A stretch of 64,000 nucleotides of DNA from the human T2T-CHM13v2.0 reference genome, Homo sapiens, in NCBI RefSeq assembly GCF_009914755.1, contig NC_060934.1, one strand, 5' to 3'. A model generated the notes under the pieces. It worked only from the letters and a program-made list of their open reading frames with translations, did no database searches and had not been told where the DNA came from. The stretch's first letter is position 1. Each line of letters opens with the position of its first letter. Shown here piece by piece: positions 33,093-47,670 of the stretch. The position numbers were made by a program, and so were the translations under genes.

Positions 33093-34700
33093 GACTTCTG
33101 CTTCTGATTAGGATGCAATACAGGGACCAGATTACCTTCCTGCTCAAAAGAACTAAAATACTAGACCAAATACATGGAAAGAAACAAATCTCTGTTTTCA
33201 CACATTGGATATCTGGCTTCAAATAATAGTGATCCCTGAGAGAGGGGTAAAATTGCCCCAGCTTACTCCCTGGAGAGAATATTCAGGCCAGAACACAGAG
33301 AAGGGGGACCCAACAGTCTCCTTGAGTTGAGAAGGCAAAGCTGGGAGTTCATGGAAGTCATGTGGCTAGGGTCCACCAAGCAAAGTACTGGTGAGGAGAG
33401 AGGTGCCCAGAGAGAGCTCCAGAGATGTGCATGCGACACCCCTTGTGTATTCATCAGCACATGTGTGTGAGGCAACTACCCAAAGCTTGGAAAAGAACCA
33501 CTCAAAACAAATAAGATAAACATTTCTGGAGGTTGCATAGAACCAGAAAAAGTCCATAGTCTCATCTATCAGAGTGGACAACCTCAAAATTCATGAGGCA
33601 TTGAGTAGTGAGGCAAAATCAGCCCTAGAAGAAAAGCTGCTCTGATCCCACCTAACAAAACTTAAAAACAAGCATCAAAATAATTAAACTGTTTCCATAA
33701 TGAGTAGACAGAGAAATGACACAAAAAATGATAGAATTAGTAGATAAGGACATAAAACAGTTATAATTATAGTCCATATATTCAATGATGCAGAAGGAAG
33801 ATTGAGCATATAGAAATATGGAAGATAGATTTTTTTATAAAGATCCAAATGAATTTCTAGAGATGAAAACTACAACAGAAGAGATTTTTAAAACACATTG
33901 GACCAAATGAACAGCATACTAGACACTGTAAAAGAGTAATGAACTTGAGGATATAGCAATTGAAATTATGCAAAATGAAACACACAGGAAAAAAAGACCG
34001 AAACAAATAAATGAAGCATCACTGAGCAGTGGGATAACTTCCAGCAGCCTAAAAATGGAGTCCCTGAAGGACAGAAAACAGGAGGAAGTAGGGCCAAAAA
34101 AAATTTTTTTTAAGAAATAATGGCTGAAAATTTTTCAAGTTTGGTTAAAATTACTGAACCCACAGAGCCAAGAAGCTCAATGAACCCAAAGCATAAGAAC
34201 CTCTACCAAGGCATATCATAGTCACATTGCTTAACACTGGTGAAAAAGATAAAGTCTTATAAACAGAAGAGGAACAAAGGTAAGAATATAGCTGACTTCT
34301 TGATAATAAATATATCTTGAAAATAATACATTCCAGAATACAATGAAACAACAATTTTTAAGTACTAGAGGAGGGAAAATAAGCTGTCATCCTATAGTTT
34401 TATACCCAGCAAAAATATCTTAAAAAACAAAAGTGAAATAAAGACTTTTTCAGGCATAGAAAACTGAAAGAATTTACTAGCTGTAGACCTGCACTTCAGG
34501 AAATGTTAAAGTCCTTCTGGAACAAAGACAATTATAACAGACAGAAATCTGGTCAATACAAAGAAATGCAGAGCACCAGAAACAGTTAATATGTGGGTAA
34601 ATATAAAAGTGGTTTTTAAAAAATCTCTTTAAGAGATCATTGACAGTTTAAAGAAAAAATAATAACAATGTATGATGGGGCCTATAACATATATGTAGAA
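33093..34700 (+). mobile_element. Ancient L1M 5'UTR/ORF1 relic
   Basis: GACTTCTGCTTCTG.. start; ORF1-like GAAATAATGGCTGAAAATTTTTCAAG..CAAGAAGCTCAATGAACCC. Confidence 0.7.
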
Positions 34701-35309
34701 GTTATAAATGATAAAACATGAACCTATGATAAAAGCCAAGGCAGTGACTACTCATGTGGGAAGCCAGGTGGTTTGAGCTGGTGATAGGGCAGATTCAGGA
34801 ATTCCTGGAATGGCTGACAAGGTTCTATTTCATGTGGGTATTGGTTACAAATGTGTTCACCTTGTGATAACTCATGTTAAGCCATACATTTGTGTTGTTT
34901 TATAACACAAAATCTTTAAGAGCAATTGAAAGTGAATCATTTCATTTTTGTGAACTATATAGATGTGTAGAAGAAAATACAGAAAGGATATGAAATAATA
35001 GTAGTTATTACATGGGTATTGAGATTAAGGATGAGGACTGCTTTTCTATTTTTTCCAAAATGCCTATATAAATATTATTTACTTCTCTAATGAGGAAAAA
35101 TAAGTAAAAACAAATATTCTCAATGGAAATACTTTCATTGTATATGTTTCCTTGGAAACAAAATTTATACCTTTGCACTTACTTCACTACCTTGGCTTCT
35201 TTGCTTCCATTTTTACATCAGTCCTGTCCATCCCTATCTGCATTGCTCTGTGGTATGTACTAGCAACCAGAATTAAGGAACTGGCAGGCATTTTTAAAAT
35301 TTCATATAC

Positions 35310-35925
<616 letters not shown>

Positions 35926-36740
35926 ATAATTAAACTTTTATGCACAGAATCAAAATAAAAACAGCTACAATCACACTTTTAAAGAACTTCTTGTTCTAGC
36001 TGATAATAATGTTTGGCTGAGAGACGGGAGGTGAAGAACAGTTATCTCGAAGCCAGTTTGCAATCTGCTACCCTGGAGATTTCTTTGGGAGACTTTGCAT
36101 GGTTCAGAGGATCTTGTGATTGTTTTGTAAGCAAGGAGGTGCTGCATTTACAAATGCTGTAGAAACAGCTCTGTGTTTTTAATATTCTAAACAGAAATAT
36201 AGAGTGCCTCTAAATTTCATCTGACAGAAACCTTATGCCTATATTAGCTGTATCCAAAAATAAGAACAAGCCTAAATGAAGACTGCTACAAACCTTTAGC
36301 ATCAGCAAAAGGCTGTATCTCAAGGGAGAGAATATCAGCACAAGGAAAATACCAGGTTTAACTAGAAATCAGAGGACCTGATAAAGACATATCCTACTGC
36401 ACAGTTAATTGCTCAGAGAGCAAGCAGGAAAGTGAAAAATATACCACTAATGTCCATTGTTTGTGAATGGCTAGGGTTGGGTCAAGTAAGGCTAGCCATG
36501 TAGAATATCAGCCCTACTATTGTTCCCAAGAAAACACCGCACACATTCTAAAGATTAGCAAAGGGACTACAGCACAGTAAAAAGGGAGGGGTGCTGAGAA
36601 TGCCTCGTTTGATCGTTGATTTTCTTTTAATTTACAAATGTGAAAAGGAGTATAGTATGGTACATGGGATGTCATGTATTGTAAGTATATATATTGCAGG
36701 GTCTGTTTCATGGTAACAGAATTCAAAAATTAGGATTTTA

Positions 36741-36932
<192 letters not shown>

Positions 36933-37809
36933 CTAGTTCCACAAGAGGCATTGGGGGCTATTAATTTAATTGAATCATTCACAGATATAACCATTTTAAG
37001 GGTATATCGGTGTGAGCTAAAGGTTATCTGGACACTCATTCTGTTTGGAAAATAGAAACATGTACACGTGAGAGTTACTCTAAGGGTTTATTCTAAAAAG
37101 AAAAAATCTGATGGGTGAACATTTGCTTCCTTGGGTTATGTGCCATAATGTCCCCAACATAATTTTCCTGAAAAATGACTATATGGGTTACCAAAACAAA
37201 CATATACATCACTGCAACACTTTGTAGTAACATATGCAGTGCTTTAAGCCAACTCAAAGATGTATAACGTAGAACTGGAATCATTTCCTAGACAGAGGAC
37301 CAATAGCAATAACCCTTAATAGCCCAGGGTCTCCAGGGGCACATTTAAAGCAGGATTCCTAGAGGCTGCATTTCGGCAGCCACTGTGGAATGAAATAAAC
37401 ACTTTGGAGCAGAGCAGGAAGTCCCGCTGTTCAGCACTAGCTGGTTTCAAGCCAACGGTTCCTAATCTCAATGAGCAGCAGCTGTCATAGCCATTCTGCA
37501 GGGATGTCTTTTTGAAAGTTCTTAAAGATCTTAATTGTGACCTTCCCCTCTGGCTCTAAGTAAGGTTCTTCTTGCTCACCTGTCATATAATTGGGAGCAC
37601 TCAATTTCATGATCAGCAACACAAAATGAAGTGGAGAATACTCTTATCAAATAAGCTGGAAGCAAGGGACAATCAGAGAGACAGGCAGCATGATGTACTA
37701 GAAAGAGAAGTGGGCCTCCTGACAAAACCTGACACAAGGGACAGGCTGCTGCGACCTTGTACAGATAACTCATCGGTAAATCTACTTAACATGCCTGTTT
37801 GAAGAATAT

Positions 37810-38504
37810 TGTCTTAGTCCTTTTGAGCGGCTATAACAAAATGCACTCGTCCCTTGATATCCGTGGGGGACTGGTTCCAGAACCTCCTGTGGATACCAAA
37901 ACTCGATGATGCTCAAGTCCCTGTTAAAAAATGGTGTAGTATTTGCATATAACCTAGGTACATCCTTCCATATAATTAAAATCACCTGTAGATTACCTAT
38001 AAAACTTAATACAATTTAAATGCTAGGTAAATGATCATCATACTGTGTTGTTTAATGAATAATGACAAGAAAAATTCTGTACATTTTTAGTACAGATGCA
38101 ATAATTTTTCCAAATATTTTTGATCCCTGGTTACTTGAATCCACAGATGCAGAATCCACAGATATGAGGGGATGACTGTACCTTAGACTAGGTAATTTAT
38201 AAACAATAGAAATTTATTGTTCACAGTTCTGGAGGCTGGGACGCCTAAGATCAAGGTGCCAGCAACTTCAGCATCTGGTGAGGGCTTGCTCATCAGAGAT
38301 GGCACCTTCTTGCTGCATTCTCACATGGCAGAAGAGAAGACAAGCTTCCTCCAGCCTCTCAAAAGGACACTAATCCCATTCATGAGGTCTCCGTCCTCAT
38401 GATCTAATCACCTCCTAAAGACCCCACCTCTTTTAGTACTATTGCATTGGAGGTGAGGTTTCAACATATGAATTCTGGGGGATACAAACATTCAGACCAC
38501 AGCA
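37810..38504 (-). mobile_element. MaLR solo LTR (MLT1A/MSTD-like) interrupted by MER2
   Basis: TGTCTTAGTCC...CACAGTTCTGGAGGCTGGGA..AAGATCAAGGTGCCAGCA...AAACATTCAGACCACAGCA. Confidence 0.85.
37844..38178 (+). mobile_element. MER2 (TcMar-Tigger) DNA transposon
   Basis: CACTCGTCCCTTGATATCCGTGGGGGACTGGTTCCAG...GGGATGACTG|TA. Confidence 0.88.
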
Positions 38505-39277
38505 AGTGTCTTTTTATGAAAATAAGCATGTGTAAATAAGGCAATCGGGCTGTGTTAACTTCTCAACATAAAGCACACTTGCAAAAATTCTTAGTTGAAT
38601 CACTTTGGAGTCTATTCAAGATAATTTCTCATATTAAGGCCTCAGCCTGCCATTCCAAAGATACCTTCCTGTGAACCTGCTCTCAGGCACTGAATGAACA
38701 GCTAGGCTGGCACACCAGCCACACCCCCACCTGGCCAACTTCCAGTCTCTGCCTCTAATCCTGCCTTCTCCCATCTCCACCTACTGAAATCCCATGCAGC
38801 CTTTCCATATTCAGCTCTAATGCCATCTTCTTTATGAAATTTTCTATCAAAGGGTGGGAGACAGAAAAGGGAGAGGGATGAGAGCCAGGGAGAGATTTGC
38901 TGCCACTTGATGGCTTTAGCTTTGCAAAGGCAGCAAGAAACACAGGGGCTTGAGTCTGAAAACCAACATTGTTGAGATTTCCCAACAGTGGCACAGGCAC
39001 TAGAAAAGCAGTGGAAGCTCAGCCAGTGAGGTGTTAAAACACAGGCGGGGTGACCATCTGTCCAGGCTATCACAGACAGAATTTTCACCCTGGGTGGGGG
39101 TTACAAGGGATGACCCTACATCCCTTCCATGGTTCTAAGCTGTGTCATGGCCATGGGTTCCAAACAGTAAGTTTCAAGTTAGAGGCAAATCTTGTTGAAG
39201 GTTCAGTTTATGATTCTCTAATCTTACCTGCCCATTTTCTTGATACATTTTTTATTTAGAAAGAAATACAGGCTGCA

Positions 39278-39410
39278 GACTAGCTACTTGGGAGGCTGAG
39301 GTGGGAGGATCGCTTGAGCCCAGGAGTTCAAGGCTGCAGTGAGCCATGATTGCACCACTATACTCCATCATGGGGCAACATAACAAGACTCTGTCTCTTA
39401 AAAAAAAAAG
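39278..39410 (+). mobile_element. Alu right-arm fragment (FRAM/AluJ)
   Basis: AGCTACTTGGGAGGCTGAGGTGGGAGGATCGCTTGAGCCCAGG. Confidence 0.88.
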
Positions 39411-39419
39411 AGAAAGCAA

Positions 39420-39650
39420 CATAGCAGCATAAGAGCAAAGGCTTTAAAGTCAGCCTGCACATGGATATGAATCCTTGTCTTAGACAAGTTACATAACCAC
39501 TGCTGGTCTCACTTTCCTCACCTATAAAGTGGGCTTAATAACAGAACATCATAAGGGGTTGATGTAAGCAGTATATGAGCTAATACACATAAAGCAGTTA
39601 GTGTAGTATACAGCATATAGCATATAGCAAGCATGCAATAACAGTTCATT
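39420..39650 (+). mobile_element. MIR
   Basis: GACAAGTTAC..CTCACTTTCCTCACCTATAAAGTGGG core. Confidence 0.7.
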
Positions 39651-39740
39651 ACTGTCAACATCACTACCATTATTAAAGTGCTTTGCAGGTCCTGACATAT
39701 GGAAAATGTATAATAAATAACAGCTATCAAGATTTTTAAG

Positions 39741-40574
39741 TTTTTATTATTATTATTATTATACTTTAAGTTTTAGGGTACATGTGCACAATGTGCAGGT
39801 TAGTTATGTATGTATACATGTGCCGTGCTGGTGTGCTGCACCCATTGACTCGTCATTTAGCATTAGGTATATCTCCTAATGCTATCCCTCCCCGATCCCC
39901 CCACCCCACAACAGTCCCCAGAGTGTGATGTTCCCCTTCCTGTGTCCATGTGTTCTCATTGTTCAATTCCCGTCTATGACTGAGAACATGCGGTGTTTGG
40001 TTTTTTGTCCTTGCGATAGTTTACTGAGAATGATGATTTCCAATTTCATCCATGTCCCTACAAAGGACATGAACTCATCATTTTTTATGGCTGCATAGTA
40101 TTCCGTGGTGTATATGTGCCACATTTTCTTAATCCAATCTATCATTGTTGGACATTTGGGTTAGTTCCAAGTCTTTGCTATTGTGAATAGTGCCACAATA
40201 AACATACGTGTGCATGTGTCTTTATAGCAGCATGATTTATAGTCCTTTGGGTATATACCCAGTAATGGGATGGCTGGGTAAAATGGTATTTCTAGTTCTA
40301 GATCCCTGAGGAATCACCACACTGACTACCACAATGGTTGAACTAGTTTACAGTCCCACCAACAGTGCAAAAATGTTCCTATTTTTCCACATCCTCTCCA
40401 GCACCTGTTGTTTCCTGACTTTTTAATGATTGCCATTCTAACTGGTGTGAGATGGTATCTCATTGTGGTTTTGATTTGCATTTCTCTGATGGCCAGTGAT
40501 GAGCATTTTTTCGTGTGTCTTTTGGCTGCATAAATGTCTTCTTTTGAGAAGTGTCTGTTCATATCCTTTGCCCA
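39741..40574 (-). mobile_element. Young L1PA (L1PA2-4-like) 3' end, ~0.83 kb
   Basis: TTATACTTTAAGTTTTAGGGTACATGTGCACAATGTGCAGG..; low divergence; ORF2 C-terminal peptides in the minus-strand ORF track. Confidence 0.93.
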
Positions 40575-40576
40575 TA

Positions 40577-40708
40577 TTTTTCTTTTTTTATAGAGATGGG
40601 GTTTCCCTATGTTGCCCAGGCTTATCTCGAGCTCCTGAGCTCAAGTGATCTGTTCACCTCAGCTTCCCAAAGTCCTGGGATTACAGGCATGAGCCACTGC
40701 CCCTAGCC
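40577..40708 (-). mobile_element. FLAM / Alu left monomer
   Basis: Reverse monomer. Confidence 0.85.
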
Positions 40709-40904
40709 CATCAATAATATTATAATACATATAAGTTTATATATTAAATGCCATTCATTTTAAGTAAAATAAATAATCATTCATTTTAAAGATTAATTTT
40801 AGACTCATTGTAAATAAATGAATTTGTAAAGCAAATATTTAAAGACATCATTACAAAAGTAGAATTTGGTATACAGCCCCCCTCTGGTTAAGGGATAATA
40901 GCGG

Positions 40905-41020
40905 TTAGCTATTATCATTTTGTAGATGATAAAACTCAGAGATTCTATTAATTGCCCAAGGTCACACAGTGGAGAAACTAAAACTAGAACTGAGTCTTTA
41001 GTTTCTAAGCTCCTTCTTCC
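40905..41020 (-). mobile_element. MIR fragment
   Basis: TTTTGTAGATGATAAAACT..TTGCCCAAGGTCACACAG. Confidence 0.7.
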
Positions 41021-41246
41021 TTCCATGAACCATGCAAATAAAAATAAAATAAATTGGAAGTATGGTAGCACGCCAAGAGTTCATCTATTCATCCAGCTGA
41101 GAGATATGTTTCTTCCTCCACTGTTTAACATTTTTGAGGCTTTTATTTCCTTTATGTGAAAAAGACAAGAAATCTTTATTCTACATGTAATGAAGGATCT
41201 CCTCCAGTACAACTTGGCAGATTAAACACATGTAATGGATTAGTCA

Positions 41247-41495
<249 letters not shown>

Positions 41496-41630
41496 TCATA
41501 TCCTTCCCTTTTGGTGCTCAGCCTTTCCAGGATGCCACTCTCTTCTGCATGGTTGAGGCTAGCTCACCACTATAGCCATGTTCCTTCCAGGCAACAAGAC
41601 ATGCCTCTTGCCTTTAAGAGCATGATTTAG

Positions 41631-41789
41631 GGCCAGGCGCAGTGGCTCATGCCTGTAATCACATCACTTTGGAAGGCCAAGGCAGGCAGATTGATTGAAC
41701 CCAGGAGACCAAGGTTGCAGTGAGCTGAGATCTCACCACTGCACTCCAGCCTTGGTGACAGAGTGAGACTCTGTCACAAAAAAAAAAAA
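41631..41789 (+). mobile_element. Alu collapsed to a left/right chimeric monomer
   Basis: Left-arm start joined to right-arm TTGAACCCAGGAG..GGTTGCAGTGAGC. Confidence 0.85.
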
Positions 41790-42822
41790 CACCTAATACA
41801 AACAGTATTTCACTGTAGCAAGCTGAAAGGATATGCTGCCAGGAATGAAGGAAAGAAAGATGTCAGCTGTTTGGGGTAGGGGTTGAGGGTGGCTCCTCAA
41901 ATTTCCAGGTCCTCACAGGAGGCATGCTCAAGGTGGTGAAGACCTTCTACTTGCCTACAGTAACATCCTGCAGGAAGCCTAAAGGGGCATTTGCAAAGTC
42001 TCTGCTGCTTCCAGTCTGGTCATCCTGAAACTTCAACATCATTAGTATACATGATTGCAAAACCACCTTGCATAAGTTGCAGAATCTAACATCTAGGTCA
42101 AGGGTACAACTTCATACCATACCACAGCTCCATCTTGCTACACTGTTACCAGTTATACTGAAAATGACAGGCATCACCCATGCATAGTTGTATGGCAGCA
42201 TTGTAGCAATATTACTAGGCACAGTTACCTCCAGCATTACATGGCCTGGGAGGTTGTGAACAGGATCTGCCAAAAAGCACAAAGATAGTTAAGCCAAAGT
42301 GGGTAAAAGGCAATTATTGTTTTCAGGAAAAACAAATATTGGACAAGATAGGAAGTATAGTATACTATATGGCTCTGCTGCAATAACTATATGATCACAA
42401 TCATATTAATTTAACCAAAAACTATGATATAACTATATCAAGGGGATAGGAAAAAAGGAAGTGGGAAGAAAAGAAAGAGTGTAAGAGAATTAATCCTCAT
42501 TTCACAGTAATAAATCACTAGGAATAGTGTCTCAAACTGATAAGTCAAGAAACAGTGTTACATTACTTTTTCTTTTCTCTTCTTTGTTTCTTCCCTTCCT
42601 TCCTTCCTTTATTTATTTCTAGATGTATGTAGATAAATATCAGAAGAAACAGCTAAGAATTTACAGTGCTTACCTTTGGAGATGAGCAGTGGAACAAGAA
42701 AAAAGTGGAGCAGGAAAATGCTGTTTTTTGCTAAAAGCCATTTAGGATTATTTTATATTTAAAGCAAGAGGAAGAGGAGAAAACAAATGAGTATAGCATA
42801 AGTTGTGGTGAGTACTACAAAG

Positions 42823-43658
<836 letters not shown>

Positions 43659-43738
43659 TTGTAAAGGGAGGAATGAAGTTTCTCAGAGCACATAACAAAG
43701 GAACTAGGGCTCGGCTGGTAAGAATGGGAGCCTGGGAA

Positions 43739-44027
43739 GGTCAGGCATGATGGCTCACGCCTGTAATCATAGCACTTTGGGAGGCCGAGGCGAGCAGATC
43801 ACCTGATGTCAGGAGTTCGAGACCAGCCTGGCCAATATGGCAAAACCCCATCTCTACTAAAAATACAAAAATTAGCCAGGCATGGTGGTATGCACCTGTG
43901 ATCCCAGCTACTTGGGAGGCTGAGGTAAGAGAATCACTTGAACCCAGGAGGAGGTTGCAGTGAGCGACACTGCACTCTAGCCTGGGCGACAGAGTGACAC
44001 TCTGTCTCAAAGAAAAAAAAAAAAAAA
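43739..44027 (+). mobile_element. AluS
   Basis: TSD AGAATGGGAGCCT(A)GGGAA. Confidence 0.93.
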
Positions 44028-44237
44028 CACAGAATGGGAGCCTAGGGAAAGGCAAGAAGATGAAATGATTAGCTACCTTAAGTAGTGGAAATCCCTTTGA
44101 GAACCTGCCAAAACAAAGCATAAGATGGATCTTTTCAACAGAAATGCACATACATTCAACATTTAAGACCCTTAGTATCTTCCAAGAGCCCTAACAGATC
44201 TCAGTGGACCTTAAAGTGTCCAAGAGCCCTAGTAAGG

Positions 44238-44318
44238 GGAAGGAAGGAAGGAAGGAAGGAAGGAAGGAAGGAAGGAAGGAAGGAAGGAAGGAAGGAAAGA
44301 AGGAAGGAAGGAAGGAAA
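44238..44318. repeat. (GGAA)n microsatellite
   Basis: About 15 consecutive GGAA units, one interruption, then further units. Confidence 0.97.
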
Positions 44319-44368
44319 AAGATGGAGGCATAAACCTATGTGACAGCAAAGAATAACTGAGCTTCCTT

Positions 44369-45442
44369 TGTTGCGGGAAGTCAGGGACCCCAAACAGACG
44401 GACCGGCTGAAGCCATGGCAGAAGAACGTGGATTGTGAAGATTTTATGGACATTTATTAGTTCCCCAAATTAATACTTTTGTAGTTTCTTATGCCTGTCT
44501 TTACTGCAATCGCTAAACATAAATTGTAAAGATTTCATGGACACTTATCACTTCCCCAATCAATACCCTTGTGATTTCCTATGCCTGTCTTTACTTTAAT
44601 CTCTTAATCCTGTCAGCTGAGGAGGATGTATATCGCCTCAGGACCCTGTAATAATTGCATTAACTGCACAAATTGTACAGCATGTGTGTTTAAACAATAT
44701 GAAATCTGGGCACTTTGAAAAAAGAACAGGATAACAGCAATTGTTCAGGGAATAAGAGAGATAACCTTAAACTCTGACCACTGCTGAGCCGGGAGGAACA
44801 GAGCCATATTTTGCTTCTTTCAAAAGCAAATGGGAGAAATATTGCTGAATTCTTTTTCTCAGCATGGAACATCCCTGAGAAAGAGAATGCGCACCTGGAG
44901 GTGGGTCTCTAAACTGGCCCCCCCGCCGGGGCATGGTCGTCTCTTATGGTTGAGGCTGCAGAGGTGAAATAGACTCCAGTCTCCTATAGTGCTCCCAGGC
45001 TTATTAGGAAGAGGAAATTCCCGCCTAATAAATTTTGGTCAGACCGGTTGATCCCAAAACCCTGTCTCCTGATAAGATGTTATCAATGACAATGGTGCCC
45101 GAAACTTCATTAGCAATTTTAATTTCGCCTTCGTCCTGTGGTCCTGTGATCTCGCCCTGCCTCCACTTGCCTTGTGATATTCTATTACCCTGTTAAGTAC
45201 TTGATGTCTGTCACCCACACCTATTCGCACACTCCCTCCCCTTTTGAAAATCTCTAATAAAAACTTGCTGGTTTTTGTGGCTTGTGGGGCATCACGGATC
45301 CTAACAACGTGTGACGTCTCCCTCGGATGCCCAGCTTTAAAATTTCTCTCTTTTGTACTCTGTCCCTTTATTTCTCAAGCCGGCCGACGCTTAGGAAAAA
45401 TAGAAAAGAACCTACGTGATTATCGGGGCAGGTCCCCCAATA
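44369..45442 (+). mobile_element. MER11 solo LTR (HERV-K11/HML-8), ~1.07 kb, complete
   Basis: TGTTGCGGGAAGTCAGGGACCCC start; internal GATTT(T/C)ATGGACA and ATGCCTGTCTTTACT repeats; AATAAA ~45256; end GGGGCAGGTCCCCCAATA; TSD TCCTT. Confidence 0.92.
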
Positions 45443-46588
45443 TCCTTTGATGTGCGCTCTCTCCCCCTCATCTGAGTACTCTTCCCCAACCCAAATAAAA
45501 CCAAAAGACCAATCCGGTGAGGTGAGCAGTGGTGTGTAGAGGCCCAGGAACAGAGATAGAAATTCCTGTATAAAAGGTAGGAACAGGGTGCAGGTAGAGA
45601 AGTTGCTGAGAGCCATACCTGCAGCAAATATGGAGAAGGCCACAGCTGAGTGGCTGCAGGAAGCCATGGGCTGCCTCCCATCCCCATTATTTCTGAAACC
45701 CATGCTCCCAGGGTGCCTTGGCCACATCAGTCTCCTATCCATGCAGCCCCCAGGGCAGTGTATGCCCTGGCCCACTACCCTCAGATCCCCCAAGGGCTGA
45801 GCTGAGGCCCAGACCCCAGATGGAAAGGTTGGCAGCCCAAACTAGAGAGCAGCACTCCAGATGCAGGTGACCCTGCCTGTGGACCCCATGTTTCAGAGGT
45901 CCCAGGTAGACATGACTTTGGATGTGATCCCAGCCAGGATCCATCACATCATTTCTGATGCTTTTTGCAGCAGGGAGCTTGAGGGTCCACAGGCTTAGTC
46001 CAACTGTCCTGAGACTTGTCCATATAATGGACATCCTGGACAGTGCCACTTCATCTCTGGCACCACTGCTGGGAGTAGCATTTTTGGGAAATAAAGCAGA
46101 ATGGCATCTGGGCATCCACAAGGATGTATCAGGAAGAAAGGAAGGGTCCTCTTATCTTCAGAGCTATAAGCCTGAGACCTAAAACATATTTCAGTACCAG
46201 CTGTGTCCCTGGGTTGCCCCTCATATGAGCTTCGACTTATGCCATGGGTGGGAGGAATTGGCAGGATTTCTAGATCTGGACATGGAGATTTTTCACTTTG
46301 CAGGCCCGGCAGGAGATCCCACAACCATACCTTCACCAAAGTCTCACTCTGAGCCTCTGCATCCACTCTTCTGCCTGAGACCTCACAGACAAGAAGTAAA
46401 TATGCTGTCTTAAAAATCTGTCTCTTGAGGGATTCAAATCTTAAGACTCCCCCAAAATCCCCCAGAGAAGAAAAATAAGACCTCTGTCCACAGGGAGAAA
46501 CATGGGAGAAAAATATGCACTTAGAAGAACATAGAAGAAACTGTGAACTTTGGTCACCTTAAAAAGGACAACTGGTTGCCTGGGAGAC

Positions 46589-47474
46589 TGATATAGTTTG
46601 GATATTTGTCCCTGCCCAAATCTCATGTTGAACTCTAATCCCCAGTGCTAGAGGTGGGACCTGGCGAGAGGTGTTTGGGCCATTGGGGCAGGTCTTTCGT
46701 GGCCTGGTGTTGTCTTCAAGACAGTGAGTGAGTTCTCACGAGATCAGGTCGTTTACAAGTGTGTGGCACCTCCCCACCCTCTCTTGTTCCTGCTTTTGCC
46801 ATGTGATGCATAAGCTCCCGCTTCACCTTCTACCAGGAGTGAAAGCTCCCTGAGGCCTCCCCAGAAGCAAAGAGATGTGGGCTCCATGCTTGCACAGCCT
46901 GCAGAACCGTGAGCCAGTTAAATCTTTTTTTTTTTTTTTTTTTTTTTTTTTAGTTTTTAAATTTTACTTTAAGTTCTGGGATACATGTGCAGAACGTGCA
47001 GGTTTGTTACATAGGTATACATGTGCCATGGTGGTTTGCTGCACCTGTCAACCCGTCATCTAGGTTTTAAGCCCAACGTGCATTAGGTATGTGTCCTAAT
47101 GCTCTCCCTCCCCTCGCCCCCCATCCCCCAACGGGCCCTAGTGTGTGATGTTCCCTTCCCTGTGTTATCATTGTTCAACTCCCACTTATGAGTGAGAACA
47201 TGTGGTGTTTGGTTTTCTGTTCCTGTGTTAGTTTGCCGAGAATGATGGCTTCCAGCTTCATCCATGTCACTGCAAAGGACATGAACTCATTTTTTTGATG
47301 GCTGCATAGTATTCCACGGTGTATATGTGTCACATTTTCTTTATCCAGTCTCTCATTGATGGATATTTGGGTTGGTTCCAAGTCGTTGCTATTGTAAATA
47401 GTGCAATCTCTTTTCTTTATAAATTACCCAGCCTCAGGTATTTCTTAATAGCAATGCAAGAATGACCTAATACA
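46589..47474 (+). mobile_element. MSTA-like MaLR solo LTR interrupted by L1PA
   Basis: TGATATAGTTTGGATATTTGTCCC...GCAATGCAAGAATGACCTAATACA; perfect TSD GAGAC. Confidence 0.9.
46925..47404 (-). mobile_element. L1PA (L1PA7/8-like) 3' end
   Basis: Poly-T then ACTTTAAGTTCTGGGATACATGTGCAGAACGTGCAGG. Confidence 0.9.
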
Positions 47475-47636
47475 GAGACATAAGAGAAAGGGTCCCTTGG
47501 ACTGTCTACCTTTGTACCATGTTCAAGTATTACTTATGTTTTTAAATATTTGAAAAGCAAAAATAAATAAAAAGCAAATAAAGTAAGACATCTGAGGAAG
47601 AAACCTGGTTTAGCTGATCTTAAGAATGGTTCAGAA

Positions 47637-47670
47637 AACTTAAGAAAGATGTTAACTTAAGAAAGATGTT
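47637..47670. repeat. Perfect 17-bp tandem duplication
   Basis: AACTTAAGAAAGATGTT x2. Confidence 0.92.

Noticed and set aside
44369-47474. Provirus between MER11 and MSTA LTRs
   Set aside because: The LTRs are from different families, each with its own TSD; no gag/pol sequence or primer-binding site seen.
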